Under the pieces are notes generated by a model. It saw nothing but the letters and a program-made list of their open reading frames with translations. It searched no databases and was not told where the DNA came from. A stretch of 64,000 nt of DNA from a virus (lineage: Duplodnaviria > Caudoviricetes). The DNA lies in IMG/VR virus record IMGVR_UViG_3300044840_000026, positions 5,113 to 69,112 of that record; one strand, 5' to 3'. Every line of letters starts with the position of its first letter. The stretch's first letter is position 1. Made by a program: the position numbers and the translations under genes. Positions 46,293 through 53,992 of the stretch are shown here, piece by piece.

Positions 46293-46813
46293 GACACGGC
46301 CGCTTCTTTTGCGGCGTAATACTCACTCAACGAAACAGGCGTGAATACCTTGTTGCCAGTCCACTTCGCCCGCTCATCCCAAATCACGTAGAGCGTGTCT
46401 CCGTATTTGTGGACACCAGGCGAGTAGACATGGCCGTCAAACGCAGCGCCGTCAATTGACATGCTGTCTCTCGGAACGCCGAATTGCTTGAGCTTGCTCA
46501 TGACGTCCACGCCTTTGAGGGAGGCCATCCACTCACGGGCTACTTTACCTGCCTTGGTTCTGCGATTCGGAGTCAGGTAGTCGTTGGCCTTGAGCTTGGC
46601 CCAACCTTCTGGGTATGTCTCCGCCGTTTCGTTCTCGCGTCGGGCAATGCCAGTGATTTGCGTAACGCCCCAGTTGTCGATTGTCCAGAAGTCTCGGCCG
46701 TCGATCTTGGATGTTCGTAACCGTTCGCGCCAGGCGGCGTACTCTGCGGTTGCCTCGTCCCACACCGTGACAACTTCTGGGTCGCTGGAGGCAAAGGCTT
46801 GTACCTCGCTCAT
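46289..46813 (-). CDS. Hypothetical protein
   Basis: GGAGG RBS, ATGA overlap. Confidence 0.65.
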   Translation of the reverse strand: MSEVQAFASSDPEVVTVWDEATAEYAAWRERLRTSKIDGRDFWTIDNWGVTQITGIARRENETAETYPEGWAKLKANDYLTPNRRTKAGKVAREWMASLKGVDVMSKLKQFGVPRDSMSIDGAAFDGHVYSPGVHKYGDTLYVIWDERAKWTGNKVFTPVSLSEYYAAKEAAVS

Positions 46814-47043
46814 GATCCCTCCGTCAGCCGGCCAGTCTTAATCAGCCATTTTTGCACCTTGGTCCAGTTGTACAGATGCACCGTAGTAGTGCCTTGTTTG
46901 CGCGGCAGAGGGAACATAGGGGAGCGCGAGGCCCACCGCTTAACGATTTGAGGGTCGTAGGGGTGGCCGTCTCGACCCATCACGCCAAGAGCCGTCATGC
47001 GTTCTACTATTTCTCCGGCCGTCAGCCATTCATGTGTTGTCAT
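46810..47043 (-). CDS. Small winged-HTH (MerR/Xis-like) DNA-binding protein
   Basis: WLTAGEIVERM...IVKRW...FPLP...LYNWTKVQKWL; start taken at ATG 47043, 8 nt after the promoter -10. Confidence 0.7.
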   Translation of the reverse strand: MTTHEWLTAGEIVERMTALGVMGRDGHPYDPQIVKRWASRSPMFPLPRKQGTTTVHLYNWTKVQKWLIKTGRLTEGS

Positions 47044-47051
47044 TATCTGGT

Positions 47052-47080
47052 AGCGTACCGCCATAGGTACGTGAACGCAA
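47052..47080 (-). promoter_or_regulatory. GTACC-box promoter/operator copy 6
   Basis: TTGCGT-N17-TACGCT with CGTACC-GCCATA-GGTACG (47054-47071). Confidence 0.85.
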
Positions 47081-47109
47081 GAACACGTTATGAACTATTG
47101 GGGGCCAGC

Positions 47110-47808
47110 TTGAGCAAACGAATGGTGGTCATCGTCCCATCGCGTGGACGACCTCAGAACATTGAGCGTCTTATTAAAGCGTGGAGCGAAACCAACGCGT
47201 CAGCTGATTTGCTGGTAGCCATCGACAAAGACGATCCCGAAGTGCCGCGCTACATGGAAGTGCTCGCGCCGACCTGTAATGATTTACACGTTGCCATTGA
47301 GCCTCGTCGGCGTCTGTGCGGCACTCTGAATCATGAAGCGATGCGCGTGGCCGACAAGTACGACGTAGTGGGGTTTCTTGGAGACGACCATCTCCCGCAA
47401 GGGGATTGGAGCACGGCGGTTGACGACGCTCTCACGGAGATGGGAACGGGCATTGTCTACGGTAACGATTTGATTCAGGGACCAAACCTTCCCACCGCTG
47501 TCTTCATGACTAGCGACATCGTGCGGGCTCTTGGCTATATGGCACCTCCGGCGCTAGTCCACCTATTTCTTGACAATTATTGGAAGTCGATAGGTGAAGC
47601 AATCGGGAGATTGCGTTACCTTCCTGACGTGATTATTGAGCACCTGCATCCGCTGAGAGACGCCTCACTGCACGATGCCAGTTACCAAGAGTCGTGGTCA
47701 TACGAGAATGCGGACGCGCTTGCATATCGGTCGTTCGTGTCTCATGGCGAGTTCGCACAAGACGTACAGAAATTGCAACAACTACTGAGCGAAGGAACAG
47801 CTGCGTGA
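47110..47808 (+). CDS. GT-A (family 2-like) glycosyltransferase
   Basis: VIVPSRGRP, VGFLGDDH (DxD-like), IVYGNDL, HLFLDN, IIEHLHP; start 47110 or 47122 rather than 46852. Confidence 0.85.
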   Translation: MSKRMVVIVPSRGRPQNIERLIKAWSETNASADLLVAIDKDDPEVPRYMEVLAPTCNDLHVAIEPRRRLCGTLNHEAMRVADKYDVVGFLGDDHLPQGDWSTAVDDALTEMGTGIVYGNDLIQGPNLPTAVFMTSDIVRALGYMAPPALVHLFLDNYWKSIGEAIGRLRYLPDVIIEHLHPLRDASLHDASYQESWSYENADALAYRSFVSHGEFAQDVQKLQQLLSEGTAA

Positions 47809-48065
47809 AACTTATATTCAGATATTCAGGACTGACTGGGACGGTCAGTCGTAACGATCCGCCCAAGCGATGGCAGACTGAGCTGTACGGCGATGAGGTA
47901 CCTCGCATTCCTAACATCGGTGAATCCGTAGAAGGCCCTGACCACCGTACGTACTTAGTCGATAGCGTGGCATGGGCTCCCTGGGGAGAATCGGGTTGGC
48001 AAGAAGACGTTGACGATCCCCTCGTGAGTGGGCCATACGTGATGCTGATATTGCGAGCTGGTTAA
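47805..48065 (+). CDS. Hypothetical protein
   Basis: GTGA overlap with the glycosyltransferase gene. Confidence 0.55.
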   Translation: MKLIFRYSGLTGTVSRNDPPKRWQTELYGDEVPRIPNIGESVEGPDHRTYLVDSVAWAPWGESGWQEDVDDPLVSGPYVMLILRAG

Positions 48066-48068
48066 ACA

Positions 48069-48947
48069 ATGAACACAGCCGTAGTTTCAGGCAACGAAGG
48101 ATTCGTTGGGCGTCACATCAGCCAGGCGTTAGAGCGAGAAGGTTTCGATGTCGATGGTTTCGACATTAAGACTGGCCTTGACGCTCGAGATTGGTTCCGC
48201 AATGCATATGCAGATGAAGCGCCTGACGTGTTCGTGCATTGCGCTGCGGTAGTTGGAGGCCGAGCAAACATTGACGGCAAACCGTTAAGTGTTGCGCAGA
48301 ACTTCTCTATCGATGCCGAATGCATTCAATGGGCGTTGCGTTGTCGTCCTCGCAAACTGGTGCTGTTCTCGTCAAGCGCCGCTTATCCGATCGACTTACA
48401 AGACGGAGTGATGTTTGAAGGGACTCTGCCTGAGTATGCCATTCGACTGGACGACATTGAAATGCCTGACCAGGTTTACGGAACAGCAAAACTCGTGTTA
48501 GAGATGCAAGCCGAGAAGGTGCGCGAGGCTGGACTTGATGTGATCATTCTTCGCCCGTTCTCCGGCTGGGGCGAGGATCAAGACCTCACTTACCCGATGC
48601 CGTCGTTTATCGAACGAGCAAAGCGGCGTGACGATCCATTCCAAATATGGAGTGATGGCGAGCAGGTGCGCGACTGGTTGCACATTGATGACATCTGTGA
48701 CGCAATCCTTACAATGGTTCGACAAGACATTTCCGGCACGGTGAATTTGTGTAGCGGCGTCGGGACATCGTTTAACGATCTCGCTGGAATGCTCTGTGAG
48801 ATCGTCGGTTACTCCCCAGAATTCCAACACATTCTCAGTGCTCCCAAGGGAGTCCAATATCGCGTCGGAGACCCAGCCAGGATGAACCAGTTCTACCTGC
48901 CGAAGTTCAACCTCAGAGAGCGGTTAGAGCAGGCAATCCACGCATAA
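48069..48947 (+). CDS. NAD-dependent epimerase/dehydratase (extended SDR, GDP-fucose-synthase-like)
   Basis: GNEGFVG, HCAAVVGG, FSSSAAY, YGTAK, VRDWLHIDD. Confidence 0.9.
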   Translation: MNTAVVSGNEGFVGRHISQALEREGFDVDGFDIKTGLDARDWFRNAYADEAPDVFVHCAAVVGGRANIDGKPLSVAQNFSIDAECIQWALRCRPRKLVLFSSSAAYPIDLQDGVMFEGTLPEYAIRLDDIEMPDQVYGTAKLVLEMQAEKVREAGLDVIILRPFSGWGEDQDLTYPMPSFIERAKRRDDPFQIWSDGEQVRDWLHIDDICDAILTMVRQDISGTVNLCSGVGTSFNDLAGMLCEIVGYSPEFQHILSAPKGVQYRVGDPARMNQFYLPKFNLRERLEQAIHA

Positions 48948-48988
48948 ATCTTCTGCGCACCCTACGCTTTTGAGTGGAGGTGGTTGGA

Positions 48989-49150
48989 GTGAAAAAACGC
49001 TACCGGGTCATTGCTATCGGCCCATCTCAGACAGTCGCCGTCACGCGGACATGGACTCGCAAGGGTGCTCTAAAGAAGATGAGCCATTACCCGCAGCCGA
49101 CGAAGCGAGAGGGCGGCCTATGGGCCTTCCGAATCGAGAAGGCTGCTTAG
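48989..49150 (+). CDS. Small basic protein (53 aa)
   Basis: GGAG RBS, GTG start; MKKRYRVIAIGPSQ... Confidence 0.4.
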   Translation: MKKRYRVIAIGPSQTVAVTRTWTRKGALKKMSHYPQPTKREGGLWAFRIEKAA

Positions 49151-49983
49151 CCCGTATACGTCCACATGCTGCAGTGGTCCATGTAAACGTTTGCGTCTAA
49201 CGAGGGTTGAGAACCAGAAAGCGGATTCTCCGTCTGAGCCATCCAGAACATTGGTTCGGCCGGGTGAACGGAAGTTGACATGACGGGCGTCGTCATGTCA
49301 TCGAGGAAGAACTTGACTCCAGTCGGCGTCCACTCAAGTGCTGAGGTATGCCACGTGGCATACGTAGCTGATCCCGTAGTATAAAACGCCGCGTTGGTCG
49401 ACGGAGACAACGGCTTATGCACAAAGCCACCGATGGTGCTGTTTAAGTTTCCCTCGGGAAAGTCCATCTCATTGGTCCACGCCCAGGTCTTGGGCCACCA
49501 CAGCCAAGCCGTCTTCCACAAGGCAACTTGATCGGCTTTGAAGCGCGTCTCGACACGTCCGTAGAGCATTGCCGACGCTGCAGCTCCAGCCCCGTATGAA
49601 CCGAGATTCGGATACGGATTTGCTCCGACTCGTTTACCGGTGCCGTCGTTGTGGATGAGGCGCATACGCATGCAGTTGCCCGTAGAACCGCTGATGCCAG
49701 ATACGACGCTCATGTTGTTGATGCCGTAGTAGTCGCCTGTGCCGTTTTGCGAACCGTAAGTCGTTAGGTAGGTCTGCGCGCCCCAGTTCTTGTATGAGCC
49801 AAGTCCCTGGGCGTGATCGCCGTTAACGCCGAACATTGAACCCTCGGCAACGGTGCCGGCAGAGAAGTCATCGAAGAAAACAAGATTCCACGGGCCGCCG
49901 ATTCCACCTCCGACACCACCTCCAGAACCTCCAGAGACACCGCCAACCCCGGCCTTTTTATTGACCGAAAGATGAGCGCCCAT
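49147..49983 (-). CDS. GH16-like glycoside hydrolase with Gly linker
   Basis: LVFFDDFS, YGRVETRFK, NEMDFPE (ExDxxE), WHTSALEWTP..VKFFLD. Confidence 0.85.
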   Translation of the reverse strand: MGAHLSVNKKAGVGGVSGGSGGGVGGGIGGPWNLVFFDDFSAGTVAEGSMFGVNGDHAQGLGSYKNWGAQTYLTTYGSQNGTGDYYGINNMSVVSGISGSTGNCMRMRLIHNDGTGKRVGANPYPNLGSYGAGAAASAMLYGRVETRFKADQVALWKTAWLWWPKTWAWTNEMDFPEGNLNSTIGGFVHKPLSPSTNAAFYTTGSATYATWHTSALEWTPTGVKFFLDDMTTPVMSTSVHPAEPMFWMAQTENPLSGSQPSLDANVYMDHCSMWTYTG

Positions 49984-52169
49984 TACGACGTTCCGAAATA
50001 GGCTTTTTGATTACTGCGTATCGCTGCTTGTGCCGTAGCGTCGATGTCAACTAGGAACACAATGGCCTCGGAGATGGACGCGCCGGTAACCGATTGTATT
50101 GCGTTGCCCGTATTGCCGACACCGATCTTGGTGAATGAGAAGGCCCCGACAGATGCGGTCAAGTGTGAATTGACACCGTCGACCCAGGTATCCATGGTGG
50201 TTGCACCGTTGTCGATTTGTGTCATGAGTTGCTGGAGCTGCGAGTAAACGGCACCGCCGGAAGCTGCCAGTGATGAAGCGTTGTGACGTGTAAGCCAAGC
50301 CTGGGTAGGCGTCGCTGAGCCGTTGCGAGCAAAGAGTTCGGCGCCAACGTTGTCTGAGTTGTCGGTGTTGCTGGCTCCCCACACTGTCAAGAACCGCGGC
50401 GCGGCGGTCGTAACCGAATTGGTCATCTTTGCTACTGCGGCGCCTGACACGATCGTTCCCGTGTATGCCGTGAAGGCCGTACATGACATTCCTCGGGCGG
50501 CATCGGGTGAAAATAGGCTAGGGATAGATTTGGTACCCGCTACATCTATTGCCCCGGATGCGTAGATGCGCCACATGTTGGCCTGTGTCGCTTGCACGAG
50601 GTCATGCCCATTCCCGGATTGGTCATACCACTTGCTTATGTAGCCCGTTGTCCCAGCGCAGAACGTAGCGAGAGTGCCTACGTCCAAAGTTCCGCCTGCT
50701 GTAAAACCGATGTCTTGCGGGGTCGAGTCACTTGCTCGAGTGACCTGGATCGCGCTTCCCGCATACGCAGCAGCCAGTTGGCGTAATCCATAAGCGGCGA
50801 ATGCAGTTGGTACGCCAGATGTGTCGAGCAGCAACGGTGCGGCACCTGTATATCCACTGACTTGGTAGCTAACGCTGGTTCCGTTGTTGGCCACGCAGCG
50901 GATGAGTAGGGATGCGTATGCCTTGGCGGTCGAATAAAGCGCATCGGGCTCAACTACTGATGCACCTGATGCAGCGACGATTGAATCCTGGTGAGCTGAG
51001 CCTTGAGTAACGAGCGCCCAACTGCCCACACCTAGCGTTGTGTCGTTAGGCAACGTGAGGACACAGCCGATTGAGTTTGTGAGTTGACGTGACGAGCCCC
51101 ACGGAATATCTATACCTAGAAGGGCAGTAGCGGCCGTGTAGTTGGCTTGGTCGTCGCGGTAGTTCTTGAGAACGTGAGCGCCGAAGTCATTGTCTTTATC
51201 AAGACGAGCCAGGCTTGCAGCTGGGTAATAGGCGCTTGTTGCTAACCAGCTTGTGCCGTCACCAATGAATTCATATGCCGACTTCAACATGGGAAACGTA
51301 GGCGGCGTGGATTCAAAGCTCCCGGTAAGCGTGGGGGGGGTTGTTCCGGCCTTCCACTTCACACCCCATTTTTTGTTCAGCGTTGGTGTTGGTGCTGTGA
51401 TCGCAAAGCCACCACTCGCAGAAGTGGTATCGGCGACTATGTAGTCCCATGCCGCGGCAGTAGCCGGCGCGGTCACGTTGTTGCGCAAGTTCCAGGAGCT
51501 ACCGCCACCGCCGCTGGCAAACGCCACTGAGTTTGTATAGGCCTGTGCCGTTGCCAATGCAGCCGCCGCTGCTCCGGCCGCGTCGAACCCCGATGCCGGC
51601 TGGGTGGCTGCGGAACCTAAACCCAAGTTCGTGCGAGCCGACGCCACGTTGTTCAAGTCAGAAAGGTTGTTGATGGCGAACAACGCTCCAGCCCCGCCGC
51701 TGCCTGCTGCGACAGCATTCGCATAGGCCTGGGCCATGGCGTAAGCACTCGCCGCCGCCCCCGCGTTATCAAACCCACTTGCGGGTTGAGTGGCCGCAGA
51801 ACCAAGGCCGAGGTTGGTGCGCGATGTCGCGACGTTGTTCAGATCAGAGAGGTTGTTGGTTTTGAGAAGCCCAGTGTTTGTGTCGAGGGTGTCGGCGATG
51901 TCTTCTCGCACGTCGATCTTGCGGGCAAGTAGTGCCGACTCGACATAGATCCAGTACGTGCCGGGTGTCGCGTAGATCTCGGCTTCACCCGTGTTGTCGG
52001 TCATCAGCGTCGAACTACCGACGGTCGTGGACTTAGTGCGGTCGGTGTACGTCGTCGCAGATGCGGTAAGAGCTGAGTCGGTCCAGACCGTGAACGATGT
52101 ATTTTTTATGAGTTTCGAGTTCTGGTCAAAAAGGGCATCCGCCCATCGACCTGCATACTGATCCGACAC
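49983..52169 (-). CDS. 728-aa virion fibre with C-terminal ConA/arabinofuranosidase-B-like domain
   Basis: N-terminus paralogous to the 1905-aa protein; duplicated NNLSDLNNVA..RTNLGLGSAATQPASGFD unit; AAYGLRQLAAAYAGSAIQVTRASD..QDIGF...KWYDQSGNG. Confidence 0.75.
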   Translation of the reverse strand: MSDQYAGRWADALFDQNSKLIKNTSFTVWTDSALTASATTYTDRTKSTTVGSSTLMTDNTGEAEIYATPGTYWIYVESALLARKIDVREDIADTLDTNTGLLKTNNLSDLNNVATSRTNLGLGSAATQPASGFDNAGAAASAYAMAQAYANAVAAGSGGAGALFAINNLSDLNNVASARTNLGLGSAATQPASGFDAAGAAAAALATAQAYTNSVAFASGGGGSSWNLRNNVTAPATAAAWDYIVADTTSASGGFAITAPTPTLNKKWGVKWKAGTTPPTLTGSFESTPPTFPMLKSAYEFIGDGTSWLATSAYYPAASLARLDKDNDFGAHVLKNYRDDQANYTAATALLGIDIPWGSSRQLTNSIGCVLTLPNDTTLGVGSWALVTQGSAHQDSIVAASGASVVEPDALYSTAKAYASLLIRCVANNGTSVSYQVSGYTGAAPLLLDTSGVPTAFAAYGLRQLAAAYAGSAIQVTRASDSTPQDIGFTAGGTLDVGTLATFCAGTTGYISKWYDQSGNGHDLVQATQANMWRIYASGAIDVAGTKSIPSLFSPDAARGMSCTAFTAYTGTIVSGAAVAKMTNSVTTAAPRFLTVWGASNTDNSDNVGAELFARNGSATPTQAWLTRHNASSLAASGGAVYSQLQQLMTQIDNGATTMDTWVDGVNSHLTASVGAFSFTKIGVGNTGNAIQSVTGASISEAIVFLVDIDATAQAAIRSNQKAYFGTS

Positions 52170-52219
52170 CAGATCGCCCCTTATTTGGTCGATGCTTCAA
52201 CGAACGTCTGTTAGGTGTT

Positions 52220-52278
52220 CGCGGGCATCCGGCGCCGCTGACGCCCACATTGTAGGCGAAAGTTTCAAGTTCTTTGAT
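52220..52278. promoter_or_regulatory. Divergent fibre/endolysin promoters with 20-nt leader and TTCAAG box
   Basis: Leader on the minus strand at 52220-52239 behind TACAAT (52249-52254); TTCAAGTTCTTTGAT at 52264-52278 before TATATT. Confidence 0.75.
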
Positions 52279-52291
52279 ATATTGCCTGATC

Positions 52292-53185
52292 ATGGGGAAC
52301 CTGACGTATGCCGACGTATCGGAACACCAGCCCAACGCTGATTTCGTCGGCATCCGTAAGCAGAGCGATGTAATCGCAGCTCGGACTGCTTACGGAACCC
52401 GTCTTGATCTCACGATGCCCAGCCGACGAGACAAGATCCGAGCCGCTCAGTTCCAGGTCGTGATCTGGTACATGTTCCTTCGGGCATCCCAGGACGCTCG
52501 GAAACAGGCTGAGGCCACAATTGCCATGATCGGCGATCTGTTGCCCAATGAATTCTTCTGCGTGGATTACGAGAGTGACTCAAGCCACCTTTTGCGCACG
52601 TCGGGCGCCGAGGCGTCATTCGATTTGGCGACAGCCTCCTCGTCCATGCCCACCGTGGATCAGCGCAATCTTGCCGCTCAGACTTTTGAAGATCATGCCA
52701 AGCGCAAGACGCTGATCTACATGAACGCGTCTACCGCGGGTATTTACCCGGACCCCTCAAGACCCCTTTGGGCCGCTGCTTATCAGAAATCGGAACCCTC
52801 GATTAAGCACGTTGCCTGGCAGCATACGAATGCCGGCGGTCCCTGGGCGGGCTGTGGACACTGTGACACGTCAACCTTTCACGGCACCTCTGAGGACTTT
52901 CTCGGAGCTCTCGGGCCAGTCCAACATTCTTCACTGGCCCCTTGTGTCGCCATCGCGGCAACCAAAACAGGTCAGGGCTACTACCAAGTCGGGGCCGATG
53001 GGGGAGTCTTCTGCTACGGCGACGCCCAGTTCTACGGCTCGATGGGCGGCAAGCCACTGCAGGCGCCGGTCGTGGGAATGCAGGTCACGCCATCAGGCGG
53101 GGGTTACTGGCTCGTTAGTGCTGACTACGGCATCTTTGCCTTCGGTGACGCTCCCTTCTTCGGGCACTTCACCCCCAGCCGATGA
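52292..53185 (+). CDS. Endolysin: GH25 muramidase plus C-terminal cell-wall-binding repeats
   Basis: DVSEHQ, VDYES, LWAAAY, AWQHT; repeats GYYQVGADGGVFCYGDAQFYGS and GYWLVSADYGIFAFGDAPFFG. Confidence 0.9.
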   Translation: MGNLTYADVSEHQPNADFVGIRKQSDVIAARTAYGTRLDLTMPSRRDKIRAAQFQVVIWYMFLRASQDARKQAEATIAMIGDLLPNEFFCVDYESDSSHLLRTSGAEASFDLATASSSMPTVDQRNLAAQTFEDHAKRKTLIYMNASTAGIYPDPSRPLWAAAYQKSEPSIKHVAWQHTNAGGPWAGCGHCDTSTFHGTSEDFLGALGPVQHSSLAPCVAIAATKTGQGYYQVGADGGVFCYGDAQFYGSMGGKPLQAPVVGMQVTPSGGGYWLVSADYGIFAFGDAPFFGHFTPSR

Positions 53186-53529
53186 CTCCTCAACGCGTTC
53201 TCATCATTGACGATGATTTGATGACAGCAAAGATCACGTCGCTTTCGCTCGAGCGCCTCGGTCACAACACAACCGTCCGTGAGGACGACTGGGCCAACGC
53301 TGCAGAGGGCGTGAATTGGGATGACTACGACGCCGTAATTGTCGATCGTCATCTCGGCACTTTCGACGGGATGGGAATCCTTGAATGGCTGTGTGAACAT
53401 CAACCGCGTGTAAAACGCATTCTCTTAACGGTGGACTCCTCTACTCCCGATCTTCCTTACGTGGAATTCCGATTCATCAAACCGAGCTCAACCGCGATGC
53501 TTGCCATGGCGTTGGAGTCAGACAGATGA
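53182..53529 (+). CDS. Stand-alone CheY-like response-regulator receiver domain
   Basis: VLIIDDD (D10-D12), VIVD55RHL, LLT83, FIK100P; ATGA overlaps on both sides. Confidence 0.9.
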   Translation: MTPQRVLIIDDDLMTAKITSLSLERLGHNTTVREDDWANAAEGVNWDDYDAVIVDRHLGTFDGMGILEWLCEHQPRVKRILLTVDSSTPDLPYVEFRFIKPSSTAMLAMALESDR

Positions 53530-53978
53530 GCGACATAGGGGCAAACAGACGTATTACCGATGTTCACGTTGCTGAACTCTCGGGCGAAATCAAAACGCTA
53601 AACGTCAAAGTCGATGGCCTTAAAGAAGGCACCGAACGAGGCTTTGTTCACGTCGAGCACTTGATTACCGATCAAGGCAAGACGACAGAACTACGCATGA
53701 CTTCGTTTATGGAAGACGTTCGCCAGCAGATGGGTTTTATGTCGGATGCGATTCGCAGTGTCTCTGATGAACAAAAACGCCAGGGTGATGTTCGTAAGGA
53801 TCTCACCGGGATAGTCGATGAACAAAAGCGTCAAGGCGATGTTCGTCTAGACGTTACGCGACTGGAGAACACAGTTCGCTGGATCAGCCGTACGTCCGTC
53901 GCCGCAATGATCACTGGCGTTACCAGCATCGTCACAGTTCTTTTGCTCCATGCGTTAACCAATCAGGTTTACCCCTGA
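53526..53978 (+). CDS. Coiled-coil protein with C-terminal TM helix (lysis-associated)
   Basis: Internal duplication DEQKRQGDVR x2; C-terminal SVAAMITGVTSIVTVLLLHAL. Confidence 0.75.
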   Translation: MSDIGANRRITDVHVAELSGEIKTLNVKVDGLKEGTERGFVHVEHLITDQGKTTELRMTSFMEDVRQQMGFMSDAIRSVSDEQKRQGDVRKDLTGIVDEQKRQGDVRLDVTRLENTVRWISRTSVAAMITGVTSIVTVLLLHALTNQVYP

Positions 53979-53992
53979 TCCTAGAAAGGGAA

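Noticed and set aside
46852-47109. 5' extension of the glycosyltransferase ORF in the track
   Set aside because: Overlaps the antisense HTH gene and its promoter; the family-like sequence begins at ~47110-47122
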